The translations under genes and the position numbers were made by a program. Below are positions 37,514-46,130 of a DNA stretch of 64,000 nt, one piece after another. The stretch's first letter is position 1, and the number at the start of each line of letters is the position of its first letter. This DNA is from Candidatus Omnitrophota bacterium (GTDB taxonomy: Bacteria > Omnitrophota > Gorgyraeia > Zapsychrales > JANLHA01). The notes under the pieces were generated by a model. That model had not been told where the DNA came from. It saw only the letters and a list, made by a program, of their open reading frames with translations, and ran no database searches. The stretch covers positions 3,864 to 67,863 of the forward strand of contig JAKLFA010000002.1 of NCBI GenBank assembly GCA_022711395.1. Direction: 5' to 3'.

Positions 37514-38371
37514 ATGAATTTGAATAATTTGTTGTCAGAATTTTCAGGGAAAAGCGTATATCATATGCTCAATCCCGGGAATAGGGGGGATGCGTTGCTT
37601 AATCAGGGCTCCAAATATTTATTTGCAGCACATGGTGTCCACACAACAGAAATTTGGCATCCAGATAATGTAACTGGGCAGTATTTGTTTATAAATGGTG
37701 CAGGTGGTTTTTGTAAGCAGCATCATGATAATGTTTTTAGGGTTTTATTTTATTTACATAAATTCGAGTTCATTTTTATTTTGCCAGCGAGTTTTGATAC
37801 TAGGTGTAATGAAGTTTCTAGTTTTTTAAAACACACAGAAGTTCAGAAAAAAGTTGTCATTTTTTGTCGAGAAAAATATAGTTATGAAGCAGTTTCTAAA
37901 ATCTATCCATCTAATAGGATTTTCTTGGATCAGGACCTCGCATTTTGCTTTAATTGGAGCGTTATTCAAAAAAAGAAAGGGCGGGGTCGTTTAAATGCAT
38001 TTCGAACCGATCCAGAGGGGCTGGGGGGGCGGAATATCCCGAAGAATAATTGGGATATATCAATAGATAGTTGGTTGTATCCGCATCATAATTGGCGATT
38101 TTTTTACTTAATTAGGAATTTAAATTGTCGTATAAAATCGAAGATTTTAGGCCATGTTGAACGGCAAAGATGTGATCGATTTATAAAGGATATTAATCGA
38201 TATGAAGAAATTCACACAGATAGAGCACACGTAGCTATTACGGTAGCCATGTTAGGAAAAAGAGTTTACATCTATCCTAATAACTATCATAAGCTTTTGG
38301 GACTCTATGAGAGATCTTTATGTAATCTAAAGAATGTGAAATTTGTGAATTCAGAACTTTTTGACAGATGA
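37514..38371 (+). CDS. putative polysaccharide pyruvyl transferase family protein
   Basis: N-terminal LNPGNRGDALLNQGS and C-terminal IHTDRAHVAITVAMLGKRVYIYPNNYHK resemble PS_pyruv_trans. Confidence 0.5.
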   Translation: MNLNNLLSEFSGKSVYHMLNPGNRGDALLNQGSKYLFAAHGVHTTEIWHPDNVTGQYLFINGAGGFCKQHHDNVFRVLFYLHKFEFIFILPASFDTRCNEVSSFLKHTEVQKKVVIFCREKYSYEAVSKIYPSNRIFLDQDLAFCFNWSVIQKKKGRGRLNAFRTDPEGLGGRNIPKNNWDISIDSWLYPHHNWRFFYLIRNLNCRIKSKILGHVERQRCDRFIKDINRYEEIHTDRAHVAITVAMLGKRVYIYPNNYHKLLGLYERSLCNLKNVKFVNSELFDR

Positions 38372-38503
38372 TTGCCCAGGCTTTTGATGAGACTATAAGG
38401 TGATTGTTGCGGGTCATAAAACAGCTAATTTTATAACCCCAAGCAAAAAAGTTGAAGATATAATGTTGGAATTTTTAAAAAAAGTTCTTCAAGGGAAGGT
38501 AAG

Positions 38504-39817
38504 ATGGAATTTTTAATTGCTGGTTTGTTGGGAGTTATTGTTCTCACGGCTATTATCCAAAAGCCTTTTTTTGGACTCTATCTATTTACGGTTATGCTTT
38601 ATATCAAGCCTGCAATCTTTGGAGCCATTTTTGCGTCTATGAGGGTTACGCTTTTGGTGGGAGCGCTAACATTTTTTGCCCTATTTTTTCATAGCCGTAA
38701 AAATGGCGGCCTTCGCTTTTTTGATGATGTTCAGTCAAAATGGTTAGTGGCTTTTGGGGTTGTTATGTGCCTGTCTTTGGCTACATCGATCTGGAAGTCG
38801 AACACAGTGGGTTTTATAGGAAATTTTTTGAAGATTTATATCGCTTATTTTTTGATCACTAACCTTTTGGATGCTCTTAAAAGATTTCGTGCGATTGTTT
38901 GGGCAATGGTCCTCTCGATGTTGTATATAGGAGTGACATCTATAAAGAGTTATTACGGTTCTGGTGGAGGAGACGGGCGGATGTTTGGGGCCTATAGTGG
39001 GGCATTGTTTGGCGACCCCAATGACATGGCTTTAGGTTTTACAATGCTGATCCCGTTTTTATATTTTGACCTCTTTCGGGGCAGAGGAATTTTGAGAAAG
39101 ATCATACAGCTTGGGATCATGGGGGTGTTTTTTTGGTCGATTGTTTTGACCCAATCCCGTGGGGGAACCATCGGTTTGATGGTCATGTTTTTTGTTCTCT
39201 GGTTAAAAAATAAGCGTAAGGTATTGGTGGCTGTCCTTGGTATTCTTATTTTGTCGGCCGGCTGGCAGATCGCTCCACAATCATACCGGGACAGGATCTT
39301 GAGCATACAGACTGCAGCGGATGATGATAATGCCGCCATCAGCCGTATGGATGCGTGGAAGGCTGGAGTGAATATGATGAAAAGCCGTGTGTTTGGCGTA
39401 GGGGGAGGCAACTTTGGAGAAGGGTTTGTGCTCTACAGGCCTTCGGATGCGGTGGATGTGCAGGGTGTACGAAGGGCCTCCCATAATATGTTTATACAAG
39501 TTGGTGGGGAGACTGGTTTACCCGGGCTCATAATCTTTCTTTTTATGCTCGGGGAGACTTTTAAGGGACTTAATAGAACCAAAAGAGGGATGACGGAGGA
39601 TGGAGGATGGAAGATAGAGAGAAATAAAGAAATTGTCCTATTGGCGGATGCCACGTTTGTGAGCCTTGTTGGATATTGCGCGTCAGGGTTCTTTTTGTCG
39701 CAGGGGTATAACTTTGTGCTGTATTATTTGGTCGCGTTTTCAGTTGTCTTGGAACATATTTCTAATCAAGAAAATGAAATAGGGAAAATAGAAAAGGGAA
39801 AGAAAAAAGAGGCGTAG
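38504..39817 (+). CDS. O-antigen ligase/polymerase-like membrane protein (Wzy_C domain)
   Basis: Multiple TM helices, LTQSRGGTIGLMVM motif, periplasmic loop. The C-terminal part carries repeat-derived inserts (GMTEDGGWKIERNKE; ENEIGKIEKGKKKEA*). Confidence 0.7.
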   Translation: MEFLIAGLLGVIVLTAIIQKPFFGLYLFTVMLYIKPAIFGAIFASMRVTLLVGALTFFALFFHSRKNGGLRFFDDVQSKWLVAFGVVMCLSLATSIWKSNTVGFIGNFLKIYIAYFLITNLLDALKRFRAIVWAMVLSMLYIGVTSIKSYYGSGGGDGRMFGAYSGALFGDPNDMALGFTMLIPFLYFDLFRGRGILRKIIQLGIMGVFFWSIVLTQSRGGTIGLMVMFFVLWLKNKRKVLVAVLGILILSAGWQIAPQSYRDRILSIQTAADDDNAAISRMDAWKAGVNMMKSRVFGVGGGNFGEGFVLYRPSDAVDVQGVRRASHNMFIQVGGETGLPGLIIFLFMLGETFKGLNRTKRGMTEDGGWKIERNKEIVLLADATFVSLVGYCASGFFLSQGYNFVLYYLVAFSVVLEHISNQENEIGKIEKGKKKEA

Positions 39818-39880
39818 AGAAACACATAGAAATACAATGGATATACAATGGAAAAACAATTGTGTTTCTATGTATTTCAA
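39818..39880 (+). repeat. intergenic hairpin GAAACACATAGAAATACAATGG ... CAATTGTGTTTCTATGTATTTC
   Basis: Imperfect inverted repeat between ORFs; possible terminator or regulatory hairpin. Confidence 0.5.
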
Positions 39881-39926
39881 CGTATTTGCAAATGTTTTAA
39901 TGTATTTCAAATGAAGGCTGTTAGTT

Positions 39927-41096
39927 ATGTCTAATAAGATAAATATTCTTTTCGTTCTTCCGAATTTTGATACGGGAGGATCCGAGAAGCTGGTGGTGGA
40001 TCTAGCCAGCCATCTCAATCCCGAGCGTTTCAGTCCGGTGATCTGTGTCTTTTTTTCGGGTGTGTATGAAGCAAAGGTTAAGGAGCTCGGGATCCCGTTT
40101 TATTGTGTGCATGAGGGCGGAAAGATTCGCTCCAGGATCGGGAGCATCAAATTTTTGAACAAAATCATTTCTGACCACAAGATAGACATAGTCAATACTC
40201 ATCACACAAGTCCTTTAGTCCAGGGGTTGTTGTCTTTTAAGGTTTTTAATCGGGTTCGAATTATTCATACCGAACACACGCGGCTGGATTGTTATGACTT
40301 TATCAAGCCGAGGCACATCGCGCTTTTAAAATTCTGTTTGCGGTGCGTTGATAGGGTATTAGGAATATCTGAAGGGGTATGTGCATATTTCCGTAATGAA
40401 CTTGGTATCCCGGACCGCAAAATTATGAAGATATTGAATGGGGTAGACGTTAATAACTTCAGGATAATGGACAATGGAAAAGGGAGGATGGAAAAGCGCC
40501 AAGAACTCGGGATCGGTGAGAATGATATAGTTATTGGGACTTTTGCGAACTTCAGAAAACAAAAGAATCATGGGCTTTTGCTCAAGGCGGTGAAATTGCT
40601 GCGAGATAAAGGGATTAATAATATTAAGGTTGTGTTTGCCGGGGATGGCCCTGAGCGACAAAATATCGAACAAATGATCCAGGACCTGTGTCTTGTGTCC
40701 TGTGTCCTGTGTCTTGGCGCACGCCAAGACATTCCCGAGCTGATGAATATGCTCGATATTTACTGCCTGCCGTCACATTTTGAAGGCTTGCCGATCAGTC
40801 TGATCGAAGCTTTTGCCGCTGGAAAGCAGGTCGTGGCAACGGATGTGGATGGGAATAGGGACGTGGTTCGTGAAATGGGCACTGGAATTCTTGTGAAACC
40901 AGACGATCCTGAAATGCTGGCTGAAGCAATTTTAAAGATAATGGAGGGCGGAGTGCGGAACACGGATGATTCAAAGGGTCCGTCTTCCGTTCTCCGTTCT
41001 CCGTTCTCCTTTGAGAGCATGATAAAAAATTACGAAGATCTATTTCAAAGTTTTGTCAGGAAAGAATGGGAAGAAAGAAATGAAAAGATTCGTTAA
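39927..41096 (+). CDS. glycosyltransferase family 4 with two in-frame repeat insertions
   Basis: GT4 motifs (SHFEGLPISLIEAFAAGKQVVATDVDGNRD). Insert 1 at 40683-40716 is a family-A reverse array encoding LCLVSCVLCLG. Insert 2 at 40941-41010 is a family-C palindrome encoding GGVRNTDDSKGPSSVLRSPFSF. Confidence 0.8.
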   Translation: MSNKINILFVLPNFDTGGSEKLVVDLASHLNPERFSPVICVFFSGVYEAKVKELGIPFYCVHEGGKIRSRIGSIKFLNKIISDHKIDIVNTHHTSPLVQGLLSFKVFNRVRIIHTEHTRLDCYDFIKPRHIALLKFCLRCVDRVLGISEGVCAYFRNELGIPDRKIMKILNGVDVNNFRIMDNGKGRMEKRQELGIGENDIVIGTFANFRKQKNHGLLLKAVKLLRDKGINNIKVVFAGDGPERQNIEQMIQDLCLVSCVLCLGARQDIPELMNMLDIYCLPSHFEGLPISLIEAFAAGKQVVATDVDGNRDVVREMGTGILVKPDDPEMLAEAILKIMEGGVRNTDDSKGPSSVLRSPFSFESMIKNYEDLFQSFVRKEWEERNEKIR

Positions 41097-41664
41097 GTTA
41101 TTACTTAATTTTTTAGCTTGGTTGTTTTTGCTGCCGATCTTTATTGTGTATTTTATTCAAAAACAATTCACGCAAAGTGAAAAATTTTACTATGGTTGCG
41201 CTCAGTTTGTCAGTCTTTTTCCCGGGACTCTAGGGAATTATATAAGGAAGGAATATTATAAATTTACGTTGAAAAAATGTTCTGACACCTGCTGTATCTG
41301 TTTCGGAACCGTGATCTCGCACCCCGGGGCTGAGATCGGCGAAAACGTCTATATCGGGCTGAATTGTATGATCGCAACCGTAACCATTGGTGATGATACG
41401 ATGATTGGAAGCGGGGTGGATATTCTGGATGGGACCAAACAGCACTCTTTCGAAAGGTTGGATGTTCCCATGCGGCTTCAGGAGCGCAAAGTCGAGCGTG
41501 TGACCATCGGCCGGGACTGCTGGCTGGGAAACCGTTCGGTGATTATGGCGAATGTGGGTGAGGGTTCTGTGATAGGGGCGGGCAGTGTGGTGACAAAAGA
41601 TATTGAGCCGTTTTCTGTGGCGGTGGGTTATCCGGCTAGGACTGTTAGGAAGCGAAATGAATAA
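41080..41664 (+). CDS. hexapeptide-repeat (left-handed beta-helix) acetyltransferase with N-terminal TM
   Basis: Hexapeptide repeats (IGENVYIGLNCMIATVTIGDDTMIGSGVDI). Confidence 0.75.
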   Translation: MKRFVKLLLNFLAWLFLLPIFIVYFIQKQFTQSEKFYYGCAQFVSLFPGTLGNYIRKEYYKFTLKKCSDTCCICFGTVISHPGAEIGENVYIGLNCMIATVTIGDDTMIGSGVDILDGTKQHSFERLDVPMRLQERKVERVTIGRDCWLGNRSVIMANVGEGSVIGAGSVVTKDIEPFSVAVGYPARTVRKRNE

Positions 41665-42820
41665 TATCGCCTTAGAAAAGAAGACAATTTTATTTTTGTT
41701 TCCTGGGCCGGTTTATAGACCTGATTTGCCTGATTTTCAAGAGTGTTTTGACGGCTTATCAACTTGGTATGACGGGCTCATTCTTACCCGAACATGGGAA
41801 GCTCAATTTGAAGACATTTCTTTTCTAACCTTTAAATTTAAGGCTTTATCGAAAGTGCCTGCTGGTTTTTTTGGTCGTATCAAAATGATGATTTTTTTTA
41901 TGAAGGAGGCTCTTGGGTTCAATAAATTAAAAAAAATTAACGTAATTGTTTGTTATGAGCCGATGTTTACTGGTGTGATTGGTGCATTGTTGAAGTTGTT
42001 TCTTCATTCTCCCCTCATTGTTGAAGTAAATAGTGAGCATTATGCTGGTGCAATACATGCGTTTTATGGGCGAGGGATTTTTCAGAATTTAAAAGCACTG
42101 ATTTTGATGTGCTTAAGCAATTTTTCACTTTTTGCTGCAGATGGGATTAAAGTTTTAACTGAGAAAGCTAAGGAGAATTTACCTGATCGGTTCAAGAATA
42201 AAGAAATTTTTGTTTTTCATGGGTTTGTCCCAACGCAATATTTCAATGAGGGTGACAAAACAGAAGAAAGGTACATTCTTTTTGTTGGTTATCCATTTTA
42301 TTTAAAAGGTGTGGATATTTTGATAAATGCATTTAAAAAGATTTCTGATAAGTTCCCTGATGTTCGTTTACGTTTGATTGGACATCAAATTGAAGAAGAT
42401 GCAAGAAAAAATTTTTTGAAATTGGAAAAAATTGATTTTTATCCGGGGCTTTATTACGATCAGCTAAAAACACATTTTTTGCATTGTTATTGTTTTGTTT
42501 TGCCATCGAGAACAGAGGGCATGGGAAGGGTTTTGATTGAAGCTATGGCTGCTGGTAAGGCGGTGATTGGTTCTAAAGTGGGAGGCATTCCTGATGTCAT
42601 TGAGGACAAAAGAAATGGATTTTTATTTGAGGCTGGGGATGAGAATGATTTGGCTCAAAAATTAGAGGAGCTTTTTCTTGATCCTGAATTGGCAAGAAGG
42701 ATGGGCAGAGAGGGATTGGCAATTCTTCAGAGTAGATTTTCTTCAAATAAATATTTTGAGTATTTTTGTGGGATGATAGAAGAAGTTATTAAAAAACAGG
42801 GATTGGAAAATGGAATTTAA
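41657..42820 (+). CDS. glycosyltransferase family 4
   Basis: EGMGRVLIEAMAAGKAVIGSKVGGIPDVIEDKRNGFLF. Confidence 0.8.
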   Translation: MNNIALEKKTILFLFPGPVYRPDLPDFQECFDGLSTWYDGLILTRTWEAQFEDISFLTFKFKALSKVPAGFFGRIKMMIFFMKEALGFNKLKKINVIVCYEPMFTGVIGALLKLFLHSPLIVEVNSEHYAGAIHAFYGRGIFQNLKALILMCLSNFSLFAADGIKVLTEKAKENLPDRFKNKEIFVFHGFVPTQYFNEGDKTEERYILFVGYPFYLKGVDILINAFKKISDKFPDVRLRLIGHQIEEDARKNFLKLEKIDFYPGLYYDQLKTHFLHCYCFVLPSRTEGMGRVLIEAMAAGKAVIGSKVGGIPDVIEDKRNGFLFEAGDENDLAQKLEELFLDPELARRMGREGLAILQSRFSSNKYFEYFCGMIEEVIKKQGLENGI

Positions 42821-43739
42821 AAGACTGTTGGCTTTTTTAAGGCACGGGCCTAGGAGTAGATTTAATAAATGGAAATTTGACTATTTTGCGTGTAAGGTTG
42901 TTAAATCGCCTGCGATCACGAGTCTTGATGGAAGGCTTGCTCTGGTAAGTCTAATATCAAGTAGAGATTTTTATATGTATTTGGTGGCGGTGAAATCTGT
43001 TGTTAGGTTTATAAAGACAAGCAAGATATTTGTAATTAACGATGGATCTTTAAGGGCTTGGCAAATTGCGCAACTAAAGAGGCAAATCAAAGATGTTGTT
43101 ATTGCTCATATTTCGGATATTAAAAATGATTATTGCCCAAAAGGGGCTTGTTGGGAACGATTGTTGTTTATTGCAGATTTATTGAATAGCTATTATGTTT
43201 TTGAGCTGGACTCGGATATTCTTGCACTTAAAAGTATTGAGGAAGTGATACATGCTATTAATAAAAATCAGGGATTTATGTTGACTGATAAGGAGGATAT
43301 TGAAATTATCAGTTTGAATGACGCAGTTTATAAGTCAAAGGGGAAGAGTTCTGAGCATATTCAAGATTTTGTTGAGCAGAATTTAGATGTTTTGTGCGAA
43401 GAGTGTCATTTTTATATTCATGGTAGTGGTGGTTTTATAGGCTATCCGAGAGGGGCATTTGATAGAGGTAGAGTTGAAGGTATTTCACAAAAAATGTTTA
43501 ATCGCTGCGGAAAGAGATGGGCTGAATGGGGAACCGAAAAGATTACATCGTCACTGTTGTTTGCCAATATGGAAAGCAAGGTTATTTTGCCTTTTCCAAA
43601 ATATGCTGTTTACTTTGATAGAAAAGAGGTTTGCTATGCCAACTCAACAGTCTTACATTTTGTCGGACAGTGTCGATATAAGAATAATTTTTATATACAG
43701 CTGGTACGCTCGATATTAAAACAATGGAATGGAAAATGA
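42810..43739 (+). CDS. hypothetical protein (possible glycosyltransferase-like)
   Basis: No confident motifs; DxD-like LDSDIL. Located within the glycosyltransferase block. Confidence 0.3.
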   Translation: MEFKRLLAFLRHGPRSRFNKWKFDYFACKVVKSPAITSLDGRLALVSLISSRDFYMYLVAVKSVVRFIKTSKIFVINDGSLRAWQIAQLKRQIKDVVIAHISDIKNDYCPKGACWERLLFIADLLNSYYVFELDSDILALKSIEEVIHAINKNQGFMLTDKEDIEIISLNDAVYKSKGKSSEHIQDFVEQNLDVLCEECHFYIHGSGGFIGYPRGAFDRGRVEGISQKMFNRCGKRWAEWGTEKITSSLLFANMESKVILPFPKYAVYFDRKEVCYANSTVLHFVGQCRYKNNFYIQLVRSILKQWNGK

Positions 43740-44739
43740 CAAAATGAAAAGTTCAGTTTTGGTTGTGTTGGCAGATAAAAACTATTTTAATCAAGCAAAA
43801 CAACTGTTTTCTGCTGCCTATTGGAAGGCTGGCTGGAAGGGGGATTATCTGCTGTTGGCACATGAGGCTTCGCCAGATGATGTGTTTTGGTTTTTAAATA
43901 AGGGGATCCTCGTTATGCACTGTAAAGAGAATCCGGCTTCTAGCGGTAAAAAAATAGATGCAATTTTGGCTAGTAAATTTTACATGTTTACCGATTTTTT
44001 TAAGCAGTGGCAACATGTGATTTATTTAGATACTGACATAATTATTAAGGGTCCGCTTGATGGGTTATTGGATTTGAAGGGGTTCGGGGCGTGCCCGAGT
44101 TTAGGGCAGGTATTTAAAGACAACTTGATTAATTATGACAAAATTGATTCGAATGTCCTGCAGGAGTTAAAAATGAATTTCGATTTTAACAAAAATACAT
44201 TTAACGCCGGAGTAATGTCATTTGATACTAAGATTATTAGTGACGGGATGTTTGAGGATTTGTTAGGCCTTTTTAAGAAGTATTTAAATTTTGTGCATTA
44301 TAGTGATCAGTCCGTGCTGAATTTTTATTTTTACAATAAATGGATAGCATTGCTTCCGGTTTACAATAGGACTATTGAAAAAAGTGAATATCCAACTGTT
44401 GATCCGAGTTCAATTGATGGAATTGTGATTCATACGGTTTCCTTGGGAGATGGCCCTTGGAATGAGGATAATATTTTTTATCCAGAATGGAAAGAGAACT
44501 TTGATAGGGCTGATGAGATGGATCTCTCAAAGATTCCAGATGTTCCACCCTGGCCGCTAAAAAAAATTAAAGAACATTCAGGACGAATTATAAAAAAACA
44601 TTTTTATGGGGGGCCGCGTCAGTTTTTGAAAAAAGCGGTTAGACTTTTACAGAAAGATCCGGTCAGGTTTTTTTCTAAAATCAAACAATTCTTTAATTAC
44701 CATAGATTGGGCGGTTTGGAGGATACGTCACATAAATAA
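43729..44739 (+). CDS. glycosyltransferase family 8-like
   Basis: VVLADKNY..., DTDIII (DxD) and NAGVMSFD motifs reminiscent of GT8. Confidence 0.5.
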   Translation: MENDKMKSSVLVVLADKNYFNQAKQLFSAAYWKAGWKGDYLLLAHEASPDDVFWFLNKGILVMHCKENPASSGKKIDAILASKFYMFTDFFKQWQHVIYLDTDIIIKGPLDGLLDLKGFGACPSLGQVFKDNLINYDKIDSNVLQELKMNFDFNKNTFNAGVMSFDTKIISDGMFEDLLGLFKKYLNFVHYSDQSVLNFYFYNKWIALLPVYNRTIEKSEYPTVDPSSIDGIVIHTVSLGDGPWNEDNIFYPEWKENFDRADEMDLSKIPDVPPWPLKKIKEHSGRIIKKHFYGGPRQFLKKAVRLLQKDPVRFFSKIKQFFNYHRLGGLEDTSHK

Positions 44740-44785
44740 TATGTGGAGGAATCTTTTTAGAAAAACAATTTTGTGAAAATTTATT

Positions 44786-45994
44786 ATGGCTAATGATTCA
44801 AAAAATCTTAGAGTGCTGCATCTTCGAAGTTCGGGGGGATTCTACGGTGCTGAGGCGGTGATTGTCAATCTCGCCAAGGAGCAGTTGCGTCAGAATGTGG
44901 ATGTGTGTGTTGGCGTGCTTGTTCGCTCGGATGTGGAGGATGTTGAGCATAGCCCGTTGGCGCTACGTTGCAAGGAAGAGGGGATCCCTGTCCGTCTGTT
45001 TCCCTGCCGGGGAAAATTTGATAAACAGACCATTCAGAATATCCGGGAGCGCCTGCAAAAAGACAAAGTCGGGATTCTCCACACCCATGATTACAAGGCG
45101 TCTCTGTTTGGATTATTCGCGAGTAAAAATTTACCGATCAAGCGGGTTGTGACCAACCATCTTTGGACCAAGGCGAATTTTAAATTGCGCTGTTATGAGG
45201 TGATGGAAGGGATCTTATGCAATTGGTTTGATCAGGTGATCGCGGTCTCAGATACGATTTATAAAGACGTCAGACCGTTTTTGTTAAGAAAGAATAAACA
45301 CAAGCTGGCGGTAATTCTCAACGGCATCAATTGCGCAAACTTTTCGCGACAGACACATGACACAGGACACAGGACACAAGATCAAGAAAAAAATATTTTT
45401 ACGATCGGAATGGTTGGGAGGTTGAGTGTTGAAAAGGGACACATCTATTTGCTGAAGGCGTTTGAAAAATTAATAAGAATGACACATGACACACGACACA
45501 CGACACAGGGTGGAGTTAAGAGCCTGCGGCTTTTGATCATAGGTGATGGGCCGTTGCATGAGAGGTTGGTGCAGTTAGTACATCGGACTAAGATCCTGCG
45601 CGGAAAGGTTCGGTTCTTACCTGCGCAGAAAGATATCAAAAAGTTCTACGACCAAATGGATGTATTGGTTCTGCCGTCATTAAGTGAAGGGCTGCCCATG
45701 ACATTGTTGGAAGGCATGGCGATGGAGCTGCCGGTTGTGGCCACACGTGTTGGCGGTGTGCCGGATGTGATCAAGGACGGATTTAATGGGCTTCTTGTTG
45801 ATCCGGCGGAGGTTGAGCAATTAACAGAAGCGATTAAGAAAATAATAAATATGACACATGACATACGACACATGACACAGGGGGAGGCAAGAGAATTGAA
45901 GGAATTGACGACAAATGCCAGAGAAACAGTCGAGTTGCATTTTTCAACCCAGCGTATGGCGGCGGAATATTTGAACGTATATAAAAATTTATAA
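44786..45994 (+). CDS. glycosyltransferase family 4 with three in-frame family-A repeat insertions
   Basis: GT4 core (SLSEGLPMTLLEGMAMELPVVATRVGGVPDVIKDGFNGLLV). Inserts at 45350-45382 (RQTHDTGHRTQD), 45480-45508 (MTHDTRHTTQG) and 45852-45880 (MTHDIRHMTQG). Confidence 0.8.
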   Translation: MANDSKNLRVLHLRSSGGFYGAEAVIVNLAKEQLRQNVDVCVGVLVRSDVEDVEHSPLALRCKEEGIPVRLFPCRGKFDKQTIQNIRERLQKDKVGILHTHDYKASLFGLFASKNLPIKRVVTNHLWTKANFKLRCYEVMEGILCNWFDQVIAVSDTIYKDVRPFLLRKNKHKLAVILNGINCANFSRQTHDTGHRTQDQEKNIFTIGMVGRLSVEKGHIYLLKAFEKLIRMTHDTRHTTQGGVKSLRLLIIGDGPLHERLVQLVHRTKILRGKVRFLPAQKDIKKFYDQMDVLVLPSLSEGLPMTLLEGMAMELPVVATRVGGVPDVIKDGFNGLLVDPAEVEQLTEAIKKIINMTHDIRHMTQGEARELKELTTNARETVELHFSTQRMAAEYLNVYKNL

Positions 45995-45995
45995 C

Positions 45996-46130
45996 GGACA
46001 CACGACACATGACACACGACACACGGTATACGACACAGGACACAGGACACAGGACACAGGTTAGAACCCTTGTGCCTTGTGTCTTGTGTCTGTGTGTCTG
46101 GTTTTTGTGTCTTGTGTCTTGTGTCTGCCT
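45996..46130 (+). repeat. family-A palindromic element (GACACAN heptamers / inverted CTTGTGTC array) spanning stop-to-start
   Basis: Direct reading of the sequence. The right arm encodes the Cys/Leu/Val-rich N-terminus of the next ORF. Confidence 0.85.
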
